A DNA stretch of 64,000 nucleotides from Eledone cirrhosa. Lineage: Eukaryota. Shown in pieces: positions 12,356-24,746 of this stretch. Numbering within the stretch: position 1 is the stretch's first letter; each line of letters begins with the position of its first letter. The DNA lies in the NCBI GenBank assembly GCA_964016885.1, contig OZ024743.1, positions 79,360,001 through 79,424,000 on the forward strand, read 5' to 3'. The translations under genes and the position numbers were made by a program. The notes under the pieces were generated by a model. That model ran no database searches, was not told where the DNA came from, and worked only from the letters and a program-made list of their open reading frames with translations.

Positions 12356-13148
12356 TAGTGTGTAGTAATATTAAGTAGGGACGAGGTATCAAAATATCAT
12401 TCAGTTTATTCACGTGTGAAGCGTGTTTCGCGATTGATCAGTTCAAGGTTCGATCTCTATCGATCGGGCCCGACTCTGGAATCAAAAGCTAATCAGACTT
12501 CTGTTTTCTTAATGACGGAATGTTCCACGTCAGCTGAACGTCTCAACAAACAGCAAAATCGAAAGAACAAACACAAAACGCCATAAACCTTGAAATTCCA
12601 TTCCCAGTAATCTTTTGTATATGAATGCTCAATCAGGAAACGCTATAGAAAGTGTAGTACCGGTGACGGTACCCTAGCATGGCCTTAGTCCTATGGCCGG
12701 AACACAAAATAAAAATAGAAATCGTAGTTTCGACAACTTTAAACTGGATTACACCCACCCTTCGATGTATATAGTATTAAAAACTAATTCTATAATCTAC
12801 ATGAGAGCCAATATAAAAACAATAGACCTATAAAAGAGACAAGACAGAACGTTACACGGATAAAAACTTCTCGTCTGTCCTCAGTTACAGTCAATGGTCC
12901 TTCCTACCTATAACCCAAGACTACTTCATCTTTTGTCCGTTTTAACTAAAGCCTTTCCACCAAGGCCTCACCAGAAGTCACAACCTTTTCCACACCAACT
13001 CTCTCTCCCTCTAGCGTTCAAACGTTTAACGCCAACCATATTTAGTGATAGCAGTATTCTGTGAATGTCTGGCTTAATTAGTGCTTCTGTTTAAGTCTAA
13101 CGACCCTTATATATTTATATATAATATATATATTTACCCCCCCCCCCA

Positions 13149-13193
<45 letters not shown>

Positions 13194-13649
13194 TTATATA
13201 TCTTTATATATTCATATATGTATATACATATATTTGATGTCACGTTCTTGATGTCTATTTTGTTTATGTTTTGTCTCATACACACGTTAGCTTTTGTATG
13301 ACTCCTTGACAGTTTTTAAAACTAGTTTTGTACATTGCTGACATGTCTAAAGGTGTCGAAACTACGATGATATCCGATAGTCAGCTGAAGATGTCTCCAC
13401 GTTATGTCATATTCTGCTTTAGCTTTTCATCTTTTCTGTTGTCATAGTTTCCGTACATGTCTTATTCCCCTATCCGCTATTTCTTTCATGTATTGTCACT
13501 TCCGCACGTTAGTCTAACTTACGGAGTTTCGTTTTAAATTAGGAAAACACACTTTAAAAATGGAGTCTCATATATACAAAAGGACGAAATAGCTTATATA
13601 TAAATATCTTATTATGTCTTCCTATCTATCTGTCTAAATAGATGTGAGT

Positions 13650-13728
<79 letters not shown>

Positions 13729-14315
13729 AATCAGTATAAAGAGAGAAGTAGACATAGAAGTATGTATTCAATCATAGGGGATAGAAAACCACCAGTGTCT
13801 ACGAATGAAAGGAGAATACAGATCAATTAAAATAATACATTAAAGTGTACTAACCATCCAGTAATAACTATTACCCCTGGACATGTTCTAATTACAGTAG
13901 GTTTCGCCACAAAAGGTGAAGATTTCATATTGTTGACGAGTCCTCTACAATGTGTTTGTGTATGCGAGTGTATGTGTGTATATAAGTGTATGTGTGTATA
14001 TAAATGTATGTGTGTATATAAGTGCATGTGTAAATTAACTACCTAAACAATGATTAACACCAAATGTGATCAAAGGAAATATTGGAAAGCCGCGGTGTGG
14101 TTTGTGAACTATGTTATGGTGTGGGGGGACTGGTGGACTTAACTCTTTATATCCCTATCTGTCATGAATGATACAAAATCACATATGTCTTGTCTCTAAA
14201 AACATCTCAAGATAGAACTCAGGGAATAAAATCGAGCCCTAAAAATTATAAGAAAGTGAATGAAATATATTCATACACACATAAGTATGCATTAAAGAGG
14301 GTCGGACACCATGCT

Positions 14316-14507
14316 AGGGTGGTGGATTGGCAGTATCGGTAGAGGGTCGGACACCTTGCTTTCCAGCATGATTACGTCCCTTTACGGTCTGTGTTCAAAT
14401 CCCGTCGAGGTTAACTTTGCCTTTCATCATTACGGAGTCGATAAAATAAAGTACCAGTAATGTACTGGGTATTTGCTGGCTTTGTGCCAAAAGTAGAATC
14501 AATTATT
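14316..14507 (+). mobile_element. tRNA-derived SINE
   Basis: Same boxes, body and tail as 3555-3731. Confidence 0.9.
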
Positions 14508-14684
14508 ACATTGAAAGTAAAGGATGTCAGGAATGATACAAAATCAAACATATGTCTTGTCTCTAAAAACAGCCATTAATTTAATAAGATACTCAACGAA
14601 TTATGTAATCTTACATTTAGTACAGACTGTCTCTAGTTTTAAGTTTCGATGTATTTTGATGCACACTTATGTATGTATGGATAT

Positions 14685-14735
<51 letters not shown>

Positions 14736-14737
14736 TT

Positions 14738-16635
14738 TACAACGTGATGACCAGAAACAGGAGGTATTCAAGATTGCGAGGCAGTGTGTCAGAGATAGTT
14801 GTGATGTCATTGGAGAGAAGTGTATCCGGAATGATAAAGGTGAGCTTGCCCTCACAAGTGCTGAGAAGAAAGATGCATGGAAGAGTCATTATGATAGATT
14901 ACTAAATGAGGAGAATGCATGGGAAGAAGAGACCCTACCCCAAGTAGACCCTATAGAGGGACCAGCAGTACAAGTCAGCGGCAGCGTAGTAAGTAAGGCA
15001 ATCAGAGATATGAAGATGGGGAAGGCAACCGGTCCATCGGGTATAGCTGCCGAGATGCTGAAGGCATCTGGGTCTGTAGATCACACTATAACCACACGTA
15101 TCGTTAACCAGGTAATACTAGAAGGGGCCATACCAAAAGATTGGTGCAGTAGCATCATTGTCAACTGCTACAAAGGTAAAGGCGATGCACTAGATAGAGG
15201 AAACTATAGAGGTATAAAGTTGATGGACCAGGTCATGAAAGTAACAGAAAGAGTTATAGCACAGCTGATTAGGGACCGGGTGAAAATAGACGAGATGCAA
15301 TTTGGGTTTGTACCAGGAAGAGGCACCACTGATGCCCTCTTCCTTGTGAGGCAATTACATGAAAAGTACCTAGCTAAAAGTAAGCCACTCTACTTGGCAT
15401 TTGTCGACCTTGAGAAAGCCTTTGACAGAGTTCCACGTGCTGTAATCTGGTGGGCTCTTAGAAAACTAGTAGATGAATGGCTTGTGAAAGCGGTACAAGC
15501 CATGTATAGGGGAGCAGTCAGCAAAGTTAGGATTAGCAATGAGTATAGCGAGGAATTTAGCGTACAGGTTGGGGTCCACCAGGGCTCTGTTCTTAGCCCT
15601 CTCCTGTTCATCATAGTCCTGCAGGCAATAACGGAGGAATTTAAGACCGGATGCCCATGGGAACTCCTGTATGCTGATGACCTCGCACTCATAGCTGAAT
15701 CTATGGTAGAACTATAGAATAAATTCCAAACCTGGAAGCAGGGACTAGAAAGAAAGGGTCTCAAAGTCAACATGACAAAGACTAAGGTCCTTGTAAGTAG
15801 ACGAGAAAACAGAACCCAGATCCCCTCAGGGAAAAGGCCTTGCTCAGTATGTAGGAAAGGTGTAGGTAGGAACTCCATTCTCTGCCCCAAATGCAAACAA
15901 TGGGTACACAAGAGATGTAGCGGGATCTCAGGAAGCTTAATTAAGAATGTAGGATTCACATGCAACAGCTGTGCTGAGACAGCAAACAGCAAACAGCCAC
16001 AGGAAACAAGTACCACCAATCTCTGGGAGGGCCCTGTAGAAACAGTAGACAGCTTCTGCTACCTAAGTGACCGAATTAGCAACGGAGGTGGGTGTTCAGA
16101 AAGTGCAATAACTAGGGTAAGAACGGGATGGAAGAAGTTTAGGGAACTACTACCACTGCTAGCTGCAAAAGGCTTCTCCCTCAGAATGAAAGGCAGACTG
16201 TATGATGCGTGTATCCGAACAGCGATGCTGCATGGTAGCGAGACCTGGGCGCTGAAGGTGGAAGACTTACGTAGATTAGAGAGAAACGAAGCCTGCATGC
16301 TCCGATGGATGTGTAACAATAATATACGTGAACGACAAAGCATAAATGAATTGAGAGAGAGACTGAGCATAAGAGGAATCAAATGCTGTGTGCAGGAGAG
16401 GCAGTTGCGCTGGTATGGACATGTGATGCGTATGAAGGATGATAGCTGCATAAAAAGGTGCAGAGCACTAGAAGTTGATGGAAACCGCGGAGTGGGGAGA
16501 CCCAAGATGACCTGGGATGAGGTGATAAAAGCCGACCTTACCCAATTACACCTCTCAAAGACAATGACACACGACCGTGACTTCTGGCGTCACGCAGTAA
16601 TACAGAGTACCCGACCTCCCATGGGTACAAGCTGA
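14738..16635 (+). pseudogene. 5'-truncated RTE-clade LINE reverse transcriptase ORF with one in-frame TAG
   Basis: NYRGIKL, QFGF, FVDLEKAFDRV, GVHQGSVLSPLLF, YADDL, LHGSETW, RWYGHVMR; TAG at 15715-15717 is in frame with ORF 15772-16635; no APE domain present. Confidence 0.95.
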
Positions 16636-16895
16636 AGCATATAGACAATATTCCCCCACACCCCCCACCGCAAGGTGGTCGTGGAGGTGCCACGGAAAAA
16701 AAGCACCCAGCCCACACTGTAAAGTGGACGTGTAGGCGCCACGGAAAAAAAGTACCCAGCACTCACTGTAAATGAGGTTGGTGTTAGGAAGGGCATCCAG
16801 CTGTAGAAATCAAGCCAAATCAGTTCCTGTATGAGCAAGGCATGGTCAGCCGACCAGACACTGCCCACAACAGGACAACTCGTCTAACCCATATA
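16636..16895 (+). mobile_element. 3' UTR of the RTE LINE
   Basis: Two tandem GCCACGGAAAAAAAG-CCCAGC-CACTGTAAA units, then GGTTGGTGTTAGGAAGGGCATCCAGCTGTAGAAA. Confidence 0.65.
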
Positions 16896-16944
16896 TAATA
16901 TTGCCAGAATTAATAACAGAACACACTCACTGCAAAACTAATTC

Positions 16945-17130
16945 ATCGCCTGTTGGCAGTATAGGTAGAGAGTCGGACGCCATGCTTTCCACCATAGTTA
17001 CGTCCCTTTACGATCTGAGTTCAAATCCCGCCGAGGTTGACTTTGCCTTTCATCCTTACGGGGTCGATAAAGTAAAGTACCAGTAATGCACTGGGTAATT
17101 GCTGGCCTTGTGCCTAAAGTAGAAACAGTT
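16945..17130 (+). mobile_element. tRNA-derived SINE
   Basis: Same family as 3555-3731. Confidence 0.9.
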
Positions 17131-17199
17131 ATATATATATATATATATATAAATAAGAAAGTCACACACACACACACACACATATATATATAAGAAAGT

Positions 17200-17268
<69 letters not shown>

Positions 17269-17289
17269 GTCACAGACACACATATATAT

Positions 17290-17449
17290 ATAGCCACCAC
17301 CGCTGCCATCACCACAACCAACACCATCACCACCACCAACAATACCACCAGCACCACCACCACCAACACCTCGACCACCATTACCACAACCAACACCTCA
17401 ACCACCATTACCAACACCAACACCAACATCACCACCAACACACTACTAT

Positions 17450-17502
<53 letters not shown>

Positions 17503-17504
17503 AG

Positions 17505-17557
<53 letters not shown>

Positions 17558-17560
17558 AAC
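17290..17560. repeat. (CCA)n-like tract followed by (CTA)n microsatellite
   Basis: Direct reading. Confidence 0.9.
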
Positions 17561-17631
17561 AATCGCATCAGAATATTTCACTGGTGTCGCAAACATGTCC
17601 ATACAAAACTGCTATCAAATATATATATATA

Positions 17632-18148
17632 TGATGGCTGCAAACTCTGCTAAGAGTACTGCAATCGCTTGTCAGATTTTAGAGTTTGGTGTACTTTTAG
17701 GCTGCAGCCAGCTACACAAACCTGTAACATATCCTGAACAAGCAATGCCTGTGCTTTGAAGGTTTTTTAAGTGGGGAAAGGCCTTGCACTCGACCAATCC
17801 CACTCTCTCAACATCGAAAACACTACCCGAAAAGGAGAACTTGTCAATATCAACGGTTGCTTCCGAAGCCGCAGGTTTTTTTTTTCAGAGTTACCCTCAC
17901 CTAGAAAGGTCTTGTGACAACAACTGGGGGCCTTTCACTCCCAAGTGGAAAAAAAAAGAGAAAAGTACTATTTGGATGGCCGTTGACTCTGCTGAGTTCC
18001 TCCGCCCTTTTCCGGGTCTTGTATTTCATCCCCCGGGGGGTCCAAATATCACCCTCCTCACCAAGCAAGCTTGGTTTAGTTGCCGGTTTAGTCGCCGACG
18101 ATCCAATCATGGGACAGGTTGTACTGGGTTACATGTTACCAGTAGCAC
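17632..18148 (-). mobile_element. Non-autonomous retroposon, family B-like (diverged)
   Basis: Homologous to 6097-6620; homology stops at TTACCAGTAGCAC. Confidence 0.75.
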
Positions 18149-18361
18149 TGGTGGGGATGAAAGATAAAGGTGACATTGGTGAGATTGGAGTCCATATTAT
18201 AAAGAAACCCAGATTTAATACCACAGTAAACATTCTGTAAAACATTCTGTAAAACACTTTAAAGTTTCTTCCAATTCCCCGCCCCAATATAGTAGCAGAC
18301 ATGTTTCCATTATTGACCACAAAGGGTTTAGCAAAGATACTCTAAGGACGGCACAATGTGG

Positions 18362-18567
18362 GTTTCTGATTGAGGCCAACAATTTGGGAAAGGGAAAGTC
18401 GATTAAATTGACCTCAGTGTATTACTGGTACTTTATTTTATCAACCACGTTAGGATGAAAGCCAAAGCTACACCACGTCGGAATTTAAACTCAGATCGTA
18501 AAGGGCCGTAACTCTGTGCCACAAAGCATGTTGTCTGACGCTCTACCGATTACTGCCAATCCACCAA
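18362..18567 (-). mobile_element. tRNA-derived SINE
   Basis: Reverse complement of the dominant SINE. Confidence 0.8.
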
Positions 18568-18626
18568 TAATAATAATAATCTTTATATATATATATATAA
18601 GAGGATATGCTCCGAAATCAATAGAC

Positions 18627-18714
18627 GTGTCCGAGGAACCTGAGAGTCTAGAGTCAGGTCGATCCACACACAAATCGCACCTTCAGCTGTTCGCCGGGGA
18701 AACAATTGTAACAC
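18627..18714 (+). ncRNA. Type I hammerhead motif, degenerate (U4C), homolog of 11992-12086
   Basis: GTGT-CCGAGGA-...-GAAA-CAATTG-TA-ACAC. Confidence 0.6.
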
Positions 18715-18754
18715 AATAAATTGAGCTCCGATGCATCACTGATTTTTCGTTTTC

Positions 18755-18884
<130 letters not shown>

Positions 18885-18972
18885 CCCAGCATGGCCTCAG
18901 CCGGATGGCTGAAACAGGTAAAATAGTAAAAGAGTATATATATATATATATATATATATAGGAACCAGTAAG

Positions 18973-19066
18973 ACCCCGACAGCTGAGCTCAAGCCGTTTC
19001 GACGGCTAATTCTGGACTAAATGAAAATTTATCCTGGTATTTAAATAGCCGATCTTCTCAAGGGGT
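18973..19066 (-). ncRNA. Type I hammerhead motif with U3-A8 core (mirror copy)
   Basis: Exact reverse complement of 21996-22089. Confidence 0.7.
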
Positions 19067-20167
19067 AATTCCATATATGGTCAAAGTGATTGTCAAAAAT
19101 CAGTAGTAATTCTGTGGTTGCAAATTAGTAGGGGAGATGGTGGCTAAACCTGCCAGTAGGAGAAAGAGGGGAGGGGTGGAGTAGACCCAATCAAGCGTTG
19201 GTAGTGCCAGCTACAGCTGGGCATGAGGTCAAAGAAGATACAGGGGAGGGGGAGGAAGTCGGAACAGTAGGTAGAACAAAGAGGGGTAGAAACAGGAAAG
19301 AAAAAATACTGAGAGTGAAGAAAAGCAAATAAGTGTAAAGAAAAAAGTAAAGTAAATTAAATTCTACGACCTAGGTGTCAGGCTATTGTTAGGCGAGAAT
19401 AAAATAAAGAAAGAAAGAAAGAAGTAAAGAAATAAATAAATAAATAAATAAGGAAATAAGTAAAAGAACTAGGTGGGACGGAAAAGGCAAGGACCCTTTT
19501 AAGAGGTATAAGTACGTAAATGATACGGTGACGGGTCAACAAAAGGGGCCAAAATACTAAAGAGACTACCACGAAATAAACAATAAAGGTTTCCATCCCG
19601 GGCCAGCAACGACCCAGTGCAGCAAAGTGAACTTGTACGAGATAATAATTCTGAGTCCCGAGAAAAATATATACTAATGCTAACTCTAAAAGATCTAAAA
19701 CAAGCTACATGAAAGTTCGTACGAAATAAAGGTAGAATACGGAGAAATAAATTCAGAATCCACCCCGCCCAGAAGAAAAGCGAAGCAAGAAATACTGAAA
19801 CGAAAAAATAAGGCATAAGTGCCACTAAGAAATATAGAGGGCACAGAGAATAGTGGGAGCGGTCGGAAAAAGGGGGCAAGTATCCGGGGTCTAAGCCAAC
19901 TGCTATAAAGGGCGGAGTCCGCCAAATCTATCATAGACTAGGGGAGGGGGTGGTGGGGGTACTAAGGCTACATGGGGCCAAAGGGCAGCCTCGGGTGGGC
20001 GAGAAAAGACGCCGACAAAGGAGAAGAGCTGGGGTAGAAGGACAAAGGAGAGAGGGGGGAAGGAAATAAAGGAAGCGATAAAAGAATACAAAGAAGATCT
20101 TACGTCTTCCTTGGCAAGCAGGGGTTACCCATTGCAAAATCGGCAAGTGGGGTGTTATAGCCCTAGT

Positions 20168-20590
20168 CTACCCCCCCCCCCCCCCCCCCGGGTCATTATG
20201 GGGTTTGAGGGCGAGGTAAGTCCTACGCAATCTATGTTTACATGCAGTAACCAGTTCATCTTTCTTGTTTAGGAGTTGGTCCGTCGAAAACAGCATTTGT
20301 AAGGTTTCCTCCGAGCATAAATTGCACGGACGGCGTCCTCCCGTGTAAGAATTGGCTCTGGACAGTAATCTCCAAGTGAGATCATAGGTGATGTTGTTGT
20401 CCTTGAGGTCCCATATGTGGCCCGAAAGTGTAGTGGCGTGACGCCGGGCCGGGTTTCGGAAGGTATGGTGTAGCCGGGTCTTGAAGTCACATGCGGTAAG
20501 TCCTATATAGGCTTTGTTGGAGGTATCCGTCCTCACGTTGCACTGGTAGATCACATTACGGTCTCTGCATCTATTGTCGAGTGGGTAAAA
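20168..20590 (-). pseudogene. GIY-YIG endonuclease C-terminal fragment of a PLE (Naiad-type motifs)
   Basis: PLDNRC-NVIY-YIGLT-FKTR, LSGHIWDLK, CNLCSEE, LLNKKDELVTACKH; no RT present. Confidence 0.85.
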
Positions 20591-21995
20591 CATAGACATA
20601 CCTTCCGAAACCCGGCCCGGCGTCACGCCACTACACTTTCGGGCCACATATGGGACCTCAAGGACAACAACATCACCTATGATCTCACTTGGAGATTACT
20701 GTCCAGAGCCAATTCTTACACGGGAGGACGCCGTCCGTGCAATTTATGCTCGGAGGAAACTTTACAAATGCTGTTTTCGACGGACCAACTCCTAAACAAG
20801 AAAGATGAACTGGTTACTGCATGTAAACATAGATTGCGTAGGACTTACCTCGCCCTCAAACCCCATAATGACCCGGGGGGGGGGGTAGACTAGGGCTATA
20901 ACACCCCACTTGCCGATTTTGCAATGGGTAACCCCTGCTTGCCAAGGAAGACGTAAGATCTTCTTTGTATTCTTTTATCGCTTCCTTTATTTCCTTCCCC
21001 CCTCTCTCCTTTGTCCTTCTACCCCAGCTCTTCTCCTTTGTCGGCGTCTTTTCTCGCCCACCCGAGGCTGCCCTTTGGCCCCATGTAGCCTTAGTACCCC
21101 CACCACCCCCTCCCCTAGTCTATGATAGATTTGGCGGACTCCGCCCTTTATAGCAGTTGGCTTAGACCCCGGATACTTGCCCCCTTTTTCCGACCGCTCC
21201 CACTATTCTCTGTGCCCTCTATATTTCTTAGTGGCACTTATGCCTTATTTTTTCGTTTCAGTATTTCTTGCTTCGCTTTTCTTCTGGGCGGGGTGGATTC
21301 TGAATTTATTTCTCCGTATTCTACCTTTATTTCGTACGAACTTTCATGTAGCTTGTTTTAGATCTTTTAGAGTTAGCATTAGTATATATTTTTCTCGGGA
21401 CTCAGAATTATTATCTCGTACAAGTTCACTTTGCTGCACTGGGTCGTTGCTGGCCCGGGATGGAAACCTTTATTGTTTATTTCGTGGTAGTCTCTTTAGT
21501 ATTTTGGCCCCTTTTGTTGACCCGTCACCGTATCATTTACGTACTTATACCTCTTAAAAGGGTCCTTGCCTTTTCCGTCCCACCTAGTTCTTTTACTTAT
21601 TTCCTTATTTATTTATTTATTTATTTCTTTACTTCTTTCTTTCTTTCTTTATTTTATTCTCGCCTAACAATAGCCTGACACCTAGGTCGTAGAATTTAAT
21701 TTACTTTACTTTTTTCTTTACACTTATTTGCTTTTCTTCACTCTCAGTATTTTTTCTTTCCTGTTTCTACCCCTCTTTGTTCTACCTACTGTTCCGACTT
21801 CCTCCCCCTCCCCCTCCCCTGTATCTTCTTTGACCTCATGCCCAGCTGTAGCTGGCACTACCAACGCTTGATTGGGTCTACTCCACCCCTCCCCTCTTTC
21901 TCCTACTGGCAGGTTTAGCCACCATCTCCCCTACTAATTTGCAACCACAGAATTACTACTGATTTTTGACAATCACTTTGACCATATATGGAATT

Positions 21996-22089
21996 ACCCC
22001 TTGAGAAGATCGGCTATTTAAATACCAGGATAAATTTTCATTTAGTCCAGAATTAGCCGTCGAAACGGCTTGAGCTCAGCTGTCGGGGT
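21996..22089 (+). ncRNA. Type I hammerhead motif with U3-A8 core in the PLE terminus
   Basis: ACCCC-TTGAGAA-GATCGGCTA...TAGCCGTC-GAAA-CGGC-TTGAGCTCA-GCTG-TC-GGGGT. Confidence 0.7.
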
Positions 22090-22180
22090 CTTACTGGTTC
22101 CTATTACCCACTCTACTACCTCAAGTATTGAGTACTTTGGTGCGTTATGGTCCACCTGGTTCCTTACCACATTTCTTTCG

Positions 22181-22243
<63 letters not shown>

Positions 22244-22362
22244 GGAGGTGAGTTTTATTGTAGTACAATAAAGCAATGCAGATATCGGATAAGAAGCATC
22301 CTACAGTTTGTAGGACTGGAGTATAAATAATATATAAGATCAAAAGATGGTTAAAAGAGTTC

Positions 22363-22447
22363 CATGTATTTTATTATGCGCATTTCAAAAACAAATATCA
22401 TCATGCAATAACATTTGCGTTTTCGTCAGATAAAATAGGGAGACATG
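22363..22447 (-). ncRNA. Minimal type I hammerhead ribozyme motif
   Basis: TATTTTAT-CTGACGA-AAACGCAAATGTTATT...GATGATATTTGTTTTT-GAAA-TGCGCA-TA-ATAAAATA. Confidence 0.8.
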
Positions 22448-22551
22448 ATATGAAGGTTAAAACACACTTGTGAATAGTGCAGTTATATGAATAGTGCAGA
22501 ATATGTTGATTTAAAACTGCACTATTCACAAGTGTGTTTTAACCTTCATAT

Positions 22552-22636
22552 CATGTTTCCCTATTTTATCTGACGAAAACGAAAATGTTATTGCATGATG
22601 ATATTTGTTTTTGAAATGCGCATAATAAAATACATG
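22552..22636 (+). ncRNA. Minimal type I hammerhead ribozyme motif
   Basis: Stem I TATTTTAT/ATAAAATA (extended by CATG/CATG past a bulge), CTGACGA at 22570, GAAA at 22613, palindromic TGCGCA, AUA cleavage triplet. Confidence 0.8.
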
Positions 22637-22660
22637 GAACTCTTGTAACCATCTTTTGAT

Positions 22661-22730
<70 letters not shown>

Positions 22731-22743
<13 letters not shown>

Positions 22744-24746
22744 AAGTGAAGTTGGGCGTTGTTTGTTTGTTTGGTGTCCCGAACTTGCAGGCTACACCGT
22801 TCATCTGATTTTCATGAAACTTGACACATATATAAAACTCGAGCCGTACATTGGAATAGGCTGCAGAAGCCAAAAATCGATATTTTCAAAATTCGTCCGA
22901 TTTCGATGAAACTTGATGCAAGTGTGGATTTTGATCCGGTGATTTACGTGGGCTACATTTAATTTCCAAAAATCGATAATCGGACCCCAGAGGCAATATT
23001 CCGGCAACCGAAAAACGCCATTCTTCTTGCTTCCATTTGTCGCGACTCCCGCCATGCAAAAAATGTTCAATCTATCAGGATTATCCACCGTAAGTTTCTT
23101 TAAATTAACGCTCACCATATTCAGCAAACCTTTTATGCCGATTCTTCCATTTCTTATATAAGGACTATCAAGACTATACCGACGTGCATCATCCTGTATT
23201 GCGCCCAGTCTTCTCAAGCGATCATCGAGCCTACATGCGCTCTCTTCATTCCCGTGGTCCCGCTACCGTAGAATAATGAGGCATCCGTCAACCCCTGCCC
23301 TTTCCCTTCCCTGCACGCCGTCGTCCCACTCCATCGTTGTGCATCACCATGCGCATCAATGCTCTGTCAGCCGCCATCCCCCCCTCGGCCCTTTCTTTTG
23401 CCTACCCGCAGTGCTCCTTCAAGACTGCCATGGCTCACCATGCGGCATCCTTGCCACCCTCCACCCCTGCCCTCTTCCTTGCCTGCTGGCCGTCGTCCCA
23501 CTTCATCGTCATGCCTCAGGATGCCACATCCATGCACTGTCTGCCACCATCCCCTCCAAAGCCCTTTCTTTTGCCCCTACCGCCGTGCTCCTTCAAGACT
23601 CCCATGGCTATCTATTCCACATCCATTCCTTGCCACCCGCTTAAACGTCATCAGCTTATTGTTGCCCAATTTGACCACCGATTTTCGCAGGCTAAACACA
23701 ATACCAACATGCACGATAGTCCATGGTAAATCTTTTTAATTACATGTTCATCATGCTAAGCAAAGGATGAATAGCAACACTTTCATTTCTCCTGACATGC
23801 CTTTCTGTCAATTATAGCCGAGAAGCATCCTGTGTAGCATCGCGTCTTCTCAAGCGAACAGCGTGCCTTCCACTGTCCTCATAATTGACTCACAACGCCG
23901 CATCTATTCTCTGCGACGCCCCTAAACATCATCAGCATGGCGTATTTTTCTGCCGCGTTTATCCGGCCCTCATTCTAGGCTATAAACAACAAAACCGCAC
24001 GATGATGCTGCGTAAGTCTATTTAAATTAATGGTCAACATGTTCAGCAAAACAATTGTACCAATTCTTCCTCTTCACCTCCAAGGCCTATCCATTACATC
24101 TTAGAGGTCGGGATTCGCAATTTCTACGATTTCAATATTGACACAACAATCCGTCAGGTTTTTCGACACATGTTGCTCCGATAGGAATATCAACGCGATT
24201 TTCACTTAATTCGTAAGTGTTCAGTCTTCCGTGTGCTTTTATTTTTTATTGATACAACACCGACTACAATAATCTAACTTCACTTTGTAGGCTAGACGCG
24301 AATCACAAGGAAAACAATTCTCTGATATACAACCCCACCAAATTCTTTGGTCTACCTAGATTTCAATGGCTATATCCTTTGCTTTTGTACGGTTGTACAT
24401 TTGACAATATCGCAAAACATTATTCCACTTGATTCTTACCTTTCAGCTATGAATTGGGCAGTGCCAAAATATCCCGGTTTATTTGCGTGCAAATTTTTTG
24501 TATCTTATGAATGGAGAATCGAAAACCCTTTTTCTTCTAACCTGATACTTGCGTTACACATGCTCCATGGATGTTTGTGGACTATTTTTTCAAAATACCA
24601 ATATCACAGATTGGAGCACAAAAAGAAACGTTTGTTCTTCATTTATTTCGGTTAAAACATCCTGCTGGAATTTAGTGCAGACCCGTTTTAATCCAGCGCC
24701 TTATAACTCCGAGTGTAACCGGGTACACCAGCTAGAAAGACAAATG
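22731..24746 (+). mobile_element. 5' portion of a non-autonomous Helitron-like element
   Basis: TATATATAAAGTGAAG...(GTTT)n start resembles non-autonomous Helitron 5' ends; linked by a 181-bp overlap to the CTAG-ending 3' part at 25534-26414. Confidence 0.55.

Larger units (their letters stand above)
18961..22180. mobile_element. Penelope-like element (Naiad-like), 5'-truncated, arranged as a 3.1-kb inverted duplication
   Basis: Arms 18961-20467 and 20597-22101 are near-identical reverse complements with a 129-bp spacer; right arm extends to 22180; (TA)n on both sides. Confidence 0.9.
22331..22668. mobile_element. Fold-back mini-element with ~154-bp arms, each carrying a hammerhead
   Basis: Arms 22331-22484 and 22515-22668 are reverse complements with about 3 mismatches. 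Confidence 0.9.

Noticed and set aside
13285-13390. Hammerhead-like GAAAC-TA...TAG-TC
   Set aside because: No CUGANGA in register; half motif only (short inverted match at 12721-12742).
14524-14737. N-terminus of ORF 14524-15717
   Set aside because: Runs through flanking DNA and (TA)n; LINE homology starts near 14738.
20168-20590. Selenoprotein-type Naiad element
   Set aside because: No in-frame TGA in the surviving ORF, and no SECIS could be identified by eye.
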